DNA of 64,000 bases, taken from positions 608,001 to 672,000 of the forward strand of contig CAVRAG010000008.1 in assembly GCA_963718895.1 (NCBI GenBank), given 5' to 3'. Both the position numbers and the translations under genes were made by a program. The DNA comes from an uncultured Nitrososphaerota archaeon (GTDB lineage: Archaea > Thermoproteota > Nitrososphaeria > Nitrososphaerales > Gagatemarchaeaceae). Below, one piece after another: positions 40,407 to 50,758 of the stretch (within the stretch, counting starts at the first letter, position 1; each line of letters starts with the position of its first letter). The notes beneath the pieces were generated by a model, which saw only the letters and a program-made list of their open reading frames with translations, had not been told where the DNA came from and made no database searches.

Positions 40407-42698
40407 ATGAGGGCCTGGACCAAGAGGGTCATCTCGGCATCCCTGGTCATGATCTTCGTCTCGATGGTATCACCCGGTATCGCCCACGCTTCGAGCCAGG
40501 CTTCGGCGCCGAAGCTGGTCCCTACCACGACCTGCGGCACATCGCAGGCAGTGGGGGTCGCCACAGCCAGCGCGCTGCTGAGGGGGCACCAGCCCCCGGC
40601 ATCGTCCGCCGCTTACGACGAACAGCTGGGCATGACCTTCACCCAGAGCTTCTCCGCGCTGGAGTACAACGTGACGGCTGTCGTCCAGACGGACTCGGTG
40701 CTAGACACCGGGCCAGGTTATCTACTGAACGGGCTCGCGAACACGGGCTACTGGTATCAGGTAGGGCTATCGTGGAACTGGTCGCCCGGACAGGTTCCGG
40801 GTACGGGTTTCGCCATGAACTATGAGGTCTTCGACACATCTCAGAACTCGATATTCCCAACCAACGGAGGGGGCGGGGTCCAAGCCTTCTCCGGGAGCGT
40901 CAATCAGGGCGACACGGTCCTGCTGAACCTCTACTTCGCAAACTCGAGTGACGTCGTGATGGCGGCCAAGGACTTGAACACCGGGTCCTTCGCCCTGGAG
41001 ACCTACAGCGCACTCTCGGGAACGTGTTTCGTCGGTTCGCCCAGCTCTCCCTCGAATTCCAACGGGTATTTCACGGGTCTCATGACCGAATGGTATCACG
41101 GCGACCCATACTTCGCGAACGGGAAGCAGGTCACGTACACAGACAACGCGTTCCCACTCTCCTCGGCGTGGATGTGGATGGATGAGTTCAACTCAAACAC
41201 CCTGCGTTCGGTCTTCTCTGCGAACACTCCGTCCCCTGTGGGCTACGGCACTCCGACCAAACTGCAGGAGTTCTCCTACAACGGCACGAACGTCTTCAGC
41301 AGCGCATACGAGTTCCTGACGGGGAACGCGACGAGCACGGCTCCTCCGACGGAGATCCCGCTTACGCTCAGCTATTCGGTCCTAGGGACGGGGACGGGGT
41401 ACGCCGCCCCTGTCCTGACCTACGTCACGAACGGAGTCCAGCTGACGGCGGCCCTGAACACCACGGCCTCCACGGTCGACCTCGACCAGGGGAGCGCGTG
41501 GAGCGTCTCGCAGACCCTCACCGGGTCCTCGACGACTCAGAGGTGGGAGACGGAGCAGACAACGACAGGGGTCGCGAACTCGGCGCAGACCATAACCCTC
41601 CAGTATTATCATCAATACCAGATCGGGTTCTCCTTCGGCGTAACGGGAGGCGGGACAGGCTTCACCGCGCCCGCCGTGACCTATCAGTCGTTCGGGTCCC
41701 CTCAGACCCTCGGCGGTCTGGGAGCTCAGCTCCCTTCAGGGGGCGTCTGGGCGGACGCAGCGTCGCGATACAGCTACACCAATCCTCTCTCGGGCTCGTC
41801 TGCCGGCGGAAGATGGTACTCGGTCGATCCCACGGGCATGGTGAGTGCTTCGGGAATGGTCGTCGCTACGTACTATCATCAATATGCGGTCGCCGTGGAT
41901 GCCTCTTTCACAGGTAGCGGGATATTCCCCTCGGTCGCGCTGAGGTCCACGGCCGCAGGCTCGCCCTTCCTCGGCACTGTGATCCAGGGGGCGATCTCCT
42001 TCTGGCTGGACGCGAACGCGTCGTACTCCTTGCCTCAGACGATATCGCTCTCCCAGGGTGAACGGTGGGCGACGAACTCGTCCGGGACAGGGAGCGTCTC
42101 CGCCGAGCTCTCGATCTCGATGGACTACCAGTACCAGTACTACGTCTCGACAGGGGTGAACAGCGTCGATGGGGGCACGATATCCACGACCTCCGGATGG
42201 TATCCGTCTGGCACGAGCCTGCAGTTGACCGCATCGCCCAGTTCAGGCTGGAAGTTTGAGGGATGGAGCGGCCTGGGTGAGACAGCCCCTTCAGCCGCCC
42301 TTTCTCTCCTTCTCTCCGCTCCCGTCAACCTGACCGCGCTCTTCTACCCGGGTATCACGGTGACCGCGACCGGTCCTTTGACGATCTCCTATCAGGACGG
42401 ATCCGCTTCGGGGAACGTCCCGGCTGGGACCAGCACGGTCGTCTATGCGGCTCCGTCTTCGACGCTCTCCTTGAGAGCCTCGTCGCCTCCTTTCCTCTAT
42501 TCGTTCACAGGGTGGAACGGGGCGAGCTCCTCGACCGCATCCGACATCTCCCTCACGGTCAACGGACCCGAGGCAGTCACGGCGAACTCATCGTACAACT
42601 ACCTCGACATCGTGATCATACTGGTCGCTGCGATCTTGATAGTCATGGGCGCCCTCCTAGCCGTGAGGAGACCCAAGAAACCAGTTGCAGGGATTTAG
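40407..42698 (+). CDS. Large secreted, C-terminally anchored surface protein
   Basis: Signal peptide, S/T/G-rich, repeated YYHQY beta-modules, GWKFEGWSG repeat, C-terminal TM plus RRPKK. Confidence 0.85.
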   Translation: MRAWTKRVISASLVMIFVSMVSPGIAHASSQASAPKLVPTTTCGTSQAVGVATASALLRGHQPPASSAAYDEQLGMTFTQSFSALEYNVTAVVQTDSVLDTGPGYLLNGLANTGYWYQVGLSWNWSPGQVPGTGFAMNYEVFDTSQNSIFPTNGGGGVQAFSGSVNQGDTVLLNLYFANSSDVVMAAKDLNTGSFALETYSALSGTCFVGSPSSPSNSNGYFTGLMTEWYHGDPYFANGKQVTYTDNAFPLSSAWMWMDEFNSNTLRSVFSANTPSPVGYGTPTKLQEFSYNGTNVFSSAYEFLTGNATSTAPPTEIPLTLSYSVLGTGTGYAAPVLTYVTNGVQLTAALNTTASTVDLDQGSAWSVSQTLTGSSTTQRWETEQTTTGVANSAQTITLQYYHQYQIGFSFGVTGGGTGFTAPAVTYQSFGSPQTLGGLGAQLPSGGVWADAASRYSYTNPLSGSSAGGRWYSVDPTGMVSASGMVVATYYHQYAVAVDASFTGSGIFPSVALRSTAAGSPFLGTVIQGAISFWLDANASYSLPQTISLSQGERWATNSSGTGSVSAELSISMDYQYQYYVSTGVNSVDGGTISTTSGWYPSGTSLQLTASPSSGWKFEGWSGLGETAPSAALSLLLSAPVNLTALFYPGITVTATGPLTISYQDGSASGNVPAGTSTVVYAAPSSTLSLRASSPPFLYSFTGWNGASSSTASDISLTVNGPEAVTANSSYNYLDIVIILVAAILIVMGALLAVRRPKKPVAGI

Positions 42699-42779
42699 AA
42701 AGGACCGAGGTAGAGTCAAGAAAAACGGGATTGAGACAGCCCGGTTGCGTAATAATGCAACCGGACCGCCTCTAGCAGC

Positions 42780-43418
42780 CTAACTGCTGTAGACGGACTC
42801 GTTCGAAGCCGAGGGTATCTCGGGGAACGAGTCGCTCATGCGCTTCTCGGCGACCGCTGCCGCTTCGGCCATGATCTTGTCCGCCTCTTCGCTGCTCTCT
42901 GGAGTGAAGAAGTTGCCTCCGCTGAGTCCGCCGACGTCGGACATCAGCCCGCTGAGGGACGCGCCGATGTCTCCGAGCGCCGATTGGGCGTCGGGCATCG
43001 CGGTGCCGAGCGTAGTGCGGACGTTCTTAATCACGCCGATCGCAGGTGCGAGGGTGGCCGTGAAGTCGCCGATGTCGGTGACCGTCTGCAGCCTCGTGGT
43101 TATCTGTTCGAGCGCGATCTTGGACTGGGTGACTATCTTCGCCATCTTCCTGACCTCGGCGAGCTCGTTCGAGTAGGCCTTGCTGGTCTGCTCGTCGTGC
43201 TGCTGGACGGCGGTGACCGTCTTCTTGAATATTGCCTGCTCCCTCTGCTTCAGGCGGTCCATCGAGCGGTCCAGGCGGGTTATCTCCTGCTGGAGCTGGC
43301 TCGTGGCCTTCTGGATCTGAGGCCTCATGGGCTGCGCGCCCCTGACGGCCTCTCTTGTCTTCTGGCCGAAAGATCCCTGACTTTGTTGCGGCTTCCAGTT
43401 CTTTTCGAACTTACTCAA
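42780..43418 (-). CDS. cdvB: ESCRT-III / Snf7 family cell division protein (CdvB paralog)
   Basis: YSNELAEVRKM, ALEQITTRLQTV, EADKIMAEAAAVAE..FPEIP; TTG start inferred. Confidence 0.85.
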   Translation of the reverse strand: MSKFEKNWKPQQSQGSFGQKTREAVRGAQPMRPQIQKATSQLQQEITRLDRSMDRLKQREQAIFKKTVTAVQQHDEQTSKAYSNELAEVRKMAKIVTQSKIALEQITTRLQTVTDIGDFTATLAPAIGVIKNVRTTLGTAMPDAQSALGDIGASLSGLMSDVGGLSGGNFFTPESSEEADKIMAEAAAVAEKRMSDSFPEIPSASNESVYSS

Positions 43419-43568
43419 TGTAATCTCGCGGTATCTCGTGCAGGGTGATACGATGATACCAGCGTCAGACAACAATTCTTGACATCTTGCTCAAAGTGAC
43501 ACGAATCTCACGTCTCAAGGCGAGTACAGCATCTCTTTTTTAGTCGCGGACAAGGCGGGCGGTCTGGC

Positions 43569-44249
43569 TTGGCTCTTGACCCGGCGATCTTTCTTGCCGC
43601 CCTGGGGATTACAGTGCTCGAGTTCACTGAAGCCGCGGCCGTCGGGCTGGCCTTGTACGCCGACTCTGGAAGGCACGCGGCGTTTCTCTACGTCTCGCTT
43701 GGCGCCCTAGCCGTGCTCATTCCCACCGTTCTCGTCGGCTCTCTGATCGGCCTCCTCCCCAGCGTCTACGTCAGGCTCGTCGCGGGAGTCCTCCTGCTCT
43801 ACTTCGGGCTCAGACTCGCGGGGAGCGCGAGGAGGTCCGTGCTCAGGGCGAGGAAGGGCGGGGAGCACGCCGAGCACTTCGAGAAGGGGATAATGGCAAC
43901 GGGGTTCTCCGTCGGGGCGATAGAGGCTTTCGAGGCTGCGATAGTCCTCGTCGGTCTCCTTCCGAACGGCTTTGTCGCGACCCTCGGGGGCATGGGCGTC
44001 GGCATTCTGCTGGTCGTGGTGGCAACCTACCTCCTGCGGTCGCAGGTCAGGAAGGTGAAGCAGGCAGACTCGAAGGTCGTCGTCTCGGCTCTTCTACTTT
44101 CGTTCGCGGGCTTCTGGTTCGCTGAGGCCTTCCTTTCGCCCCCGGACCTAACCCTGATCCCTCTGTTTGCCGGGTTCGCGCTTGTCGTATATTTCATCGC
44201 CAACCGACCATCGCCTGTTCCCGTGGCAAGCGCCTCGGCAGGCAACTAG
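43569..44249 (+). CDS. Membrane protein with duplicated ExxE motifs (COG4280/FTR1-like putative metal permease)
   Basis: LEFTEAA and IEAFEAA in two repeats. Confidence 0.7.
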   Translation: MALDPAIFLAALGITVLEFTEAAAVGLALYADSGRHAAFLYVSLGALAVLIPTVLVGSLIGLLPSVYVRLVAGVLLLYFGLRLAGSARRSVLRARKGGEHAEHFEKGIMATGFSVGAIEAFEAAIVLVGLLPNGFVATLGGMGVGILLVVVATYLLRSQVRKVKQADSKVVVSALLLSFAGFWFAEAFLSPPDLTLIPLFAGFALVVYFIANRPSPVPVASASAGN

Positions 44250-44293
44250 CGGGTCCACGCGCGCTCAGGAGAGCCTTGAGATCACTTGCCTGC

Positions 44294-45022
44294 TCACAAC
44301 CTCGCAAGCTCCTCTCGAAGCAACCTCTCCATCGCCCTCACGTTCGCCTGGATGATCCTGCGCCCCACCTCAGCGGAGGCGTGCAGCCTAGGATCCAAAC
44401 CCATGATCCCGACGGGCCACTCCTTTGGATTTGTTGGAAGGTTTTCCATCCTGACGAGGTCCGGGTCGGTCGCGAGCATGATTGAGGTCTCGTTGGCCCC
44501 GGCGTGGTCAATCATGAATCCGAGTTCCTTCTCCGCCACGATTCCCTGCAGCGTGAGGACCCTCAGCCCGTACTTTGACTCCCAAGCCTTTCCGTGGACG
44601 GCGAAGAAGTCTGTCGACGGACCGTGACCGTGACCCACGAGGATCCGGACTCCTGCTCGGCTGAGCTGCTTGAGCATGCTGTCTGCATACTCCTCAAAGA
44701 CGCGCGCGTCCGCGTAGTATGCGCTCCCAGGAAGTCGCCTCGGCCCCTCCCCCTCGACTAGGAATTCGAAATCCATCCCGTAGAAGACCCTGCCGTCGAC
44801 GACCGTCTCCTCATCAGGTCCCAAGGACAGTGCAGGCAGGACGACTCCACCCACGCTCCTAGCCAGCTCGGCGTAGAGGCCTGTCGGCTGCAACATGTCA
44901 GAGCCCAGCGGCAGATGGGGCCCGTGGTACTCGAGTGTTCCGAGAGGCAGGTACGCCACTGGAGCTTCCCGAAGCCTCTCGAGGAGCACGTCCGGAGTCA
45001 GTCGTTGGTAGAGTATCTCCAT
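44294..45022 (-). CDS. Creatininase family amidohydrolase
   Basis: PLGTLEYHGPHLPLGSD, GHG, DHAGANETS. Confidence 0.9.
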   Translation of the reverse strand: MEILYQRLTPDVLLERLREAPVAYLPLGTLEYHGPHLPLGSDMLQPTGLYAELARSVGGVVLPALSLGPDEETVVDGRVFYGMDFEFLVEGEGPRRLPGSAYYADARVFEEYADSMLKQLSRAGVRILVGHGHGPSTDFFAVHGKAWESKYGLRVLTLQGIVAEKELGFMIDHAGANETSIMLATDPDLVRMENLPTNPKEWPVGIMGLDPRLHASAEVGRRIIQANVRAMERLLREELARL

Positions 45023-45152
45023 CGGGTCACCTCTTTCACGTCGTCTTACTTAGCCGTTAACGCGCCTCCGCCGGACAAATGGATCAACTGGAGCTCAATT
45101 CTCGTCAAGGCCGACATCAAAGAATAAATTCGGTCGCGACAAAGAATCACTC

Positions 45153-46265
45153 GTGCGAGACGGGACCAGAATCGTTAGAGCAGGTCTGCCGAAGGCCGCC
45201 CAGGGGGAGCCGTTCCTTCCCGGCCCGACGTTTGCGGGCACGTACGGGTTCAGCGGCGAGGTGGGAACTTCGGCCTACACCTACGGCAGATATCATAATC
45301 CGACGTGGACCCGCTACGAGGAGGCACTAGGCGACCTTGAAGGCGGACCTTCACTGGTCTTCTCGTCGGGCATGGCAGCTGTCGCCGCGGTCCTCACGTC
45401 GGTGCTCACTCCGAGCGCTGCCGGCAGCGTCCTCGTAATGCCCTCCGACGGCTACTACACGGCGCGTATGCTCGCCGAAGGGTACTTCGCATCGCTCGGA
45501 GTCAAGGTTCGCAAGGCCCCGACCGCGGGAAACGCCCAGGCCGCCCACCTGGAGGGAGCGACCCTGCTCTGGCTGGAGACCCCGAGCAACCCAGGCCTTG
45601 AGACCTGTGACATCTCAGAGCTCGTCGAGAAGGCGCACAGCAGGAATGTCCTGGTCGCGGTCGACAACACGACGGCGACGGCGCTGGGTCAGCAACCCCT
45701 GAAGCTCGGGGCGGACTTCTCCGTATCAAGCGATTCCAAGGGGCTCACGGGCCACAGCGACCTGATCCTGGGCCACGTCGCGACCCGCGGACGAGATTGG
45801 TCGGAGCGCCTGAGAACCTTCAGGACGCAACAGGGAGCCGTACCCGGACCGATGGAGGTCTGGTTGGCGCACCGGTCACTCGCAACCCTCGAGCTGCGGA
45901 TTCAGAGGCAGTGCGAGAACGCCATGAGGGTTGCGAGTCACCTCGCGGCCCTACCGGAGGTGCAGGCCGTGAGATATCCAGGACTCCCACGAGACCCGTC
46001 CCATGGAATAGCCGCCAGGCAGATGAAGTACTATGGTCCGATAGTGAGCTTCGTCCTCGGGACGCAGGAGAAGGCTGAGCGGTTCCTCGGCGCCTGCAAC
46101 CTCGTGACGACGGCTACGAGCTTCGGCGGGCTGAACTCCACCGCGGAGCGCCGGGCGCGCTGGGGAGGGGACGCCATACCACCAGGGTTCATCCGCTTCA
46201 GCGCCGGGTGCGAAGACGGGGAGGACCTGGTGGAGGACATCTCACAGGCCCTGGGCTCGATCTAG
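45153..46265 (+). CDS. Cystathionine gamma-lyase family PLP enzyme
   Basis: YGRYHNPT, SSGMAA, ETPSNP, DNT, SKGLTGHSD. Confidence 0.92.
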   Translation: MRDGTRIVRAGLPKAAQGEPFLPGPTFAGTYGFSGEVGTSAYTYGRYHNPTWTRYEEALGDLEGGPSLVFSSGMAAVAAVLTSVLTPSAAGSVLVMPSDGYYTARMLAEGYFASLGVKVRKAPTAGNAQAAHLEGATLLWLETPSNPGLETCDISELVEKAHSRNVLVAVDNTTATALGQQPLKLGADFSVSSDSKGLTGHSDLILGHVATRGRDWSERLRTFRTQQGAVPGPMEVWLAHRSLATLELRIQRQCENAMRVASHLAALPEVQAVRYPGLPRDPSHGIAARQMKYYGPIVSFVLGTQEKAERFLGACNLVTTATSFGGLNSTAERRARWGGDAIPPGFIRFSAGCEDGEDLVEDISQALGSI

Positions 46266-46378
46266 GCAGACAGGGCCCCGAACGCAGCCTGGGAGTGCAG
46301 CCAGGAGAGGGGTCCACCGATCTCGATGGGCCGACCCGCCACAGATTATAACCGGCAGTAACCTCCCGTGGACTCGAT

Positions 46379-47416
46379 TTGGCATCGACGAGAATCATCG
46401 TTGAGGAGAAGTACGCGGGGGCCCAGGTAGCCGTCCTCGAGAACGAGCACCTGCGGGTGAAGGTCGTGCCCGAGAAGGGCTCAGACATAGTCGAGATCTT
46501 CCACAAGAAACAAAATCTGAACCTCCTGTACGAGTCCCCCATCGGTTTTAGGCGCTTCGGCTCCGTCTCCGCTCCCTCGATGACCGCAGACTCCAGCTTC
46601 CTGGACTTCTACGAGGGCGGCTGGCAGGACATCGTACCCAACCCGGGGCTCGTCTCCTCGAACAGGGGAGCTTCGTGGGGGATGCACGGGGAGAGCTCGC
46701 TGGTCCCCTGGAAAGCGGCCGTCGCAGACGATGGTGAGGACGCGCACCTCGACCTGTCTACCTCGCTTATGCGGTACCCCCTGAAGCTCGAGAAGACACT
46801 CACGCTCACCGAGGGCAGCTCGGTCCTCAAGATCGACGAGGTGGTAAGGAACCTCGGCGAGCAGGACATCGAGTTCGCCTGGCTTCAGCACATCGTCTTC
46901 GGGAGACCGATCGTCGGTCCGGGGATGGCGGTGGACATGCGAGCAGGCGCGTGTACCGCGGGAGCCTACAAGCAGACGCGCCTGAAGCCCGGAGTCGAGT
47001 TCGAATGGCCCGGCGCTCCGGCCGTGGGCGGATCCACCATCGACATGAGCGGCGCTCCGCCTTCCGGGGCGAGATACGAGGACAACCTCTACGTCACGAT
47101 GAAGGAGCCGTGGTACGCTATAAGGAACACCACGGCCGGGCTCACCGTGGGCGTCTCCTGGGACCTGAAGGTCTTCCCCTCACTCTGGTACTGGCTCAAC
47201 AACGGGGCGATAGACTATCCCTGGTGGGGACGGTCGTACAACCTCGGCCTCGAGCCATCGAGCAGCATCACCGAGCTCGGCATGCAGGAGTACCTCGGGA
47301 AAGGGAACGCGCTCAAGCTCGGCGAGGGCGGGTCGATGAACCTAGGAATCAGGTACGCGGTCGCAGAAGGAGCAGCGAGGGTCCGCGGGGTGGACAGCGA
47401 AGGCAGGCTCCTGTAG
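46379..47416 (+). CDS. Aldose 1-epimerase / galactose mutarotase-like protein
   Basis: LENEHLRV..PEKG, GGWQD..P, HGE, LGLEP. Confidence 0.8.
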   Translation: MASTRIIVEEKYAGAQVAVLENEHLRVKVVPEKGSDIVEIFHKKQNLNLLYESPIGFRRFGSVSAPSMTADSSFLDFYEGGWQDIVPNPGLVSSNRGASWGMHGESSLVPWKAAVADDGEDAHLDLSTSLMRYPLKLEKTLTLTEGSSVLKIDEVVRNLGEQDIEFAWLQHIVFGRPIVGPGMAVDMRAGACTAGAYKQTRLKPGVEFEWPGAPAVGGSTIDMSGAPPSGARYEDNLYVTMKEPWYAIRNTTAGLTVGVSWDLKVFPSLWYWLNNGAIDYPWWGRSYNLGLEPSSSITELGMQEYLGKGNALKLGEGGSMNLGIRYAVAEGAARVRGVDSEGRLL

Positions 47417-47631
47417 CACCCGGCGTCCGCTGAACCCTGATCGTTTCTTCATTCATGTCGGCGAGACCGACACTTCGGCCGCCCATCCTCTCGGCAGCCC
47501 GAACTGGCGCCCCAGCTACCAGACTCGGTTCGGGTCAATCTCGGGCAACCTCCCCGCCCAAGCCAGGCACGCCGTCTCGTTCTGCTGGCTGGAACAAAGA
47601 GCAGGACTGGAAGCGGTGGTCTCTCCCTAGG

Positions 47632-47823
47632 TCAGGGAGGAGGAATCGGACGCGGACTACCGATCTCTCCCTGCTCGAGCTCTTTCATTCGGATGATGTA
47701 CATCCGAATCGCCTCGTCGACGATTTCGGCTCTGCTTCTGTATCCCCATGCGCTCCCAAAACTGTCGAGGGTCTTGGCGAGCTCCTCTGGGATTTTCACC
47801 GTCGCGTATCTTCCCCTGGGCAT
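47632..47823 (-). CDS. Ribbon-helix-helix (CopG-like) regulator
   Basis: TVKIPEEL..GYRSRAEIVDEAIR. Confidence 0.8.
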   Translation of the reverse strand: MPRGRYATVKIPEELAKTLDSFGSAWGYRSRAEIVDEAIRMYIIRMKELEQGEIGSPRPIPPP

Positions 47824-47961
47824 CTTCTCATCTCAAAGAAATAGGGAAGAGTTGGGTCTTCACCCAAACTCTCACGTCCCGAAGCCGTCGTACCTGGACA
47901 CAGGTCTGCCCCGAGGGCCGCTGCGTTCTGTGAGCCATGGCGAGGCACCTGCCGGGAGCCC

Positions 47962-48579
47962 TTACTTCGTCCTGGTTCTGAGGAGGAACCCGACACCGCC
48001 GAGCACAGCGCCCAAGGTCGCCAGGATGACGAGTGCGCCTATTGGCTCAACCAGCTGGCCGAGGTAGTTCACGTGGATCTGTCCGGATGTGTAGCCGAGC
48101 CCTCCAGATGAGACCGCCGCGCCCGCGTAGCCGGCCATGTAGCCGCCCCAGATCATCAGTATCATGGCGCCGGCGACCCCCACGTTCATGAGGACGTATT
48201 GGCCCCAAGCGAGGTAGTTCGACAGGCCGTGATACACCTTACCCCGGATTCCCTCGATGTAGAAGTACATCATCGCGGTGCCCGCGACCGCGACCACTCC
48301 TACGAGCAGGTAGAGGACGTAGCCTGTGAACATCCACGTCCCTCCGCCTCCCCCTGCAATCACCTTCGAGGGGCTGAAGTACCAGTTGATGTTGAAGATG
48401 CTCAGTGGCTCGACTATGAGCAGAGTGATTGCCGCGACTATCGCTCCCTGAATCACGGCTGCCCACATCCATCTTCCAGCCCATCTTCCATGCGCGCTCG
48501 AGACGAATCCCGCCAGACCAGACGAGGACCCGATCGATACGGCCTCGATTCCTTTCTCCACCTTTACTGATTCTGTCAT
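47962..48579 (-). CDS. Four-TM hypothetical membrane protein
   Basis: Hydrophobic helices, host-like codon usage. Confidence 0.75.
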   Translation of the reverse strand: MTESVKVEKGIEAVSIGSSSGLAGFVSSAHGRWAGRWMWAAVIQGAIVAAITLLIVEPLSIFNINWYFSPSKVIAGGGGGTWMFTGYVLYLLVGVVAVAGTAMMYFYIEGIRGKVYHGLSNYLAWGQYVLMNVGVAGAMILMIWGGYMAGYAGAAVSSGGLGYTSGQIHVNYLGQLVEPIGALVILATLGAVLGGVGFLLRTRTK

Positions 48580-48817
48580 GTTTTGTGCTTCCTGTGAACT
48601 ACTGGTGAGGCACTGAATAAGAAGGCGTCCGTGCACTTGCACGCGATTGCGAACACGGTCGAGCTGTGTCGCAGCGTTGATCAGGCGGTTAGGTGCGGCC
48701 TATGCAGCTGTTGTACAGAGATAGACGATAAGTCGCAATCTCTGTGCTAGCTCGTTCAGCCTCCCGTTCCAAGGAGCGAGAATCACGGCAGAATATGGGG
48801 GCAGAAGACGCCAAGGG

Positions 48818-49216
48818 CTATAGTGGGGCCTGCGCATCGAGAAGCTGAATCCCCCTGATCTTTGATTCGAGGTATCTCCTTCCGAGCACTGGTTCAAACT
48901 TCCTGAGGATCTCTATGGCGCCGACATGGAGGAGCTTCGTCTCCTTTTCGGAGAGCGGCGCCGACGCCTCTCGGTTTAGGAGCGTCGATTCGAAGAGCGC
49001 AAAGACGATGTAGTCCTTCTCCCCCTCGTTGAGCCGCCTCCCGCTGTCCATCGTCCTCTCAACGATCCGCGCTGCGTCCAGCAGCGAATCGAGTTGTGCC
49101 TTCTCCAGTTCGCTGCAGTCGCGGTAGTACTTCCCGCTCGGCAACCGTTTCTCGTCGGTCAGGTTTGCCTCACAGTCCCTTACTAGGGAGCGAACGCCTC
49201 TGGCCCTCAAGAGCAC
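48818..49216 (-). CDS. Hypothetical protein (start uncertain)
   Basis: Plausible helical ORF of about 110-130 aa. Confidence 0.5.
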   Translation of the reverse strand: MLLRARGVRSLVRDCEANLTDEKRLPSGKYYRDCSELEKAQLDSLLDAARIVERTMDSGRRLNEGEKDYIVFALFESTLLNREASAPLSEKETKLLHVGAIEILRKFEPVLGRRYLESKIRGIQLLDAQAPL

Positions 49217-49463
49217 CGTTGAGACAAAGCCGGTCCTTGAATATCATGGTTTGCTCATCATGTCTGGAGCAATGTCAGATAGCACTCCTCTGTTCTGGCA
49301 ATACAGGACCCAAAAAAACGCATGAATTGAGCCGTCATCGTCAAAGAGCCGGACCTCTGCACGTCCGGAGGAGAAGTTGGAGTCCACGCAAATCCCCGTG
49401 GCAAAGACCTTTTAAGTCAGGGTGAGGCTTGGACCACATCGAAACAGGAGCCCGAGATGAAGA

Positions 49464-49949
49464 ATGCCCCAGAGAACAGCTCGAAGAAGGCTCACCGGCA
49501 CGGAAAGAAAGATTCTCAAGGCTTTGCTTGAAAGAGACGGGACACTGAACACCACGGCATTGGCGGAACGGATAGGGGTTCCCCGGAGCACCGTGGAAAG
49601 GAGGCGGAGATACCTCGAGGCCAACATCCTGAGATCATACTACCACCTGGATGTCACGAAGCTCGGTTTCAGACGCGTCGACTTCCTCATTGAGACCGGA
49701 AGCGGGTTCACCAGGCGCATAGCGAAGCAGCTCATGCGCTTACCACAGGTCATCGCCGTGGCCCAGACCATAGGGGAGCACACCATCGACCTGATAGCCG
49801 AATTGATAGTGAGGGACAACGGCGAGATCCTCTCCTTGAGCGAGAGGGTCAAAGCGATGCGGGGAGTAAAGGACGTGACCTGGACCGAGGTAATCGAAGA
49901 AGAGAGGAAGAATAAGACAGTCCCGGATTACATCATAGACGAACTCTGA
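49464..49949 (+). CDS. Lrp/AsnC family regulator
   Basis: N-terminal HTH (LAERIGVPRSTV), KLGF, TIGEHTIDL. Confidence 0.88.
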   Translation: MPQRTARRRLTGTERKILKALLERDGTLNTTALAERIGVPRSTVERRRRYLEANILRSYYHLDVTKLGFRRVDFLIETGSGFTRRIAKQLMRLPQVIAVAQTIGEHTIDLIAELIVRDNGEILSLSERVKAMRGVKDVTWTEVIEEERKNKTVPDYIIDEL

Positions 49950-50107
49950 TCAGTCAGAAGAACCCGGCTCGACTCGAGGCATTCACTATACAGGGCCATG
50001 AAAGCGGTGAGAGTGTGCGAACTGCATCGCCAGAACGAGCGAATTACCCAGCTTTACGAAACAAACGGTGAGCTTATATACGAACATAACAATTGTTATC
50101 TCTCGTC

Positions 50108-50587
50108 ATGTCTTATCGAGGACGGGCCCCCAGGATACTCGTCATAGACGATGAAGAAGACGTGACCCAGCTTCTGAGACTCGGGCTGGAACGTTATGGG
50201 TTCGAGGTTGACGCCTACAACGATCCCGTGGAAGCCGTCTCCGAGTTTCTACCAGGAACCTACGATCTCGCAGTCCTGGACATCAGGATGCCGCGCATGA
50301 ACGGCTTTCTGGTCTATCGTGCGATGAAGAAGGCCGACAAGGAGGTCGAGGTGTGCTTCCTCACCGCGTTCGAGATGTACGAGAACGAGTTCAAGAAGCT
50401 CTTCCCCGACGTGAACGTACAGAGGTTCCTGAAGAAGCCGATAACCATGGAGGACCTCGCCCGCGAAGTGAACCGGCTCCTCGCGAAGAAGCGGGGGAGC
50501 CCACTGGACATGCCCGAAGCCCCCACACCCACTTCTAAGTGGAAGGACGCGTCCAACGCTGACAAGAAGCGAGGAAAAGCCGGATAG
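50108..50587 (+). CDS. Stand-alone response regulator receiver
   Basis: ILVIDDE, LDIRMPRMNG, FLTA, KKP. Confidence 0.9.
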   Translation: MSYRGRAPRILVIDDEEDVTQLLRLGLERYGFEVDAYNDPVEAVSEFLPGTYDLAVLDIRMPRMNGFLVYRAMKKADKEVEVCFLTAFEMYENEFKKLFPDVNVQRFLKKPITMEDLAREVNRLLAKKRGSPLDMPEAPTPTSKWKDASNADKKRGKAG

Positions 50588-50758
50588 GCGCCCACCGCCG
50601 GGACGATGGTCGATCCCTGAAGGCGTGATATGTAAGGGAACCCGGTCCCGGCGAGTGGCGCGGCGAAGGTAAGCTGTGCGAGACCCCCTCATCAGAAGCT
50701 CTGGGTTCTGTGGCCAGGTGGGCGTGGTGGCTAAAGAGGCTTTCCAAATCTAGGGGGA

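Noticed and set aside
47455-47620. GC-rich intergenic region as SRP or RNase P RNA
   Set aside because: Conserved signature motifs not found on either strand
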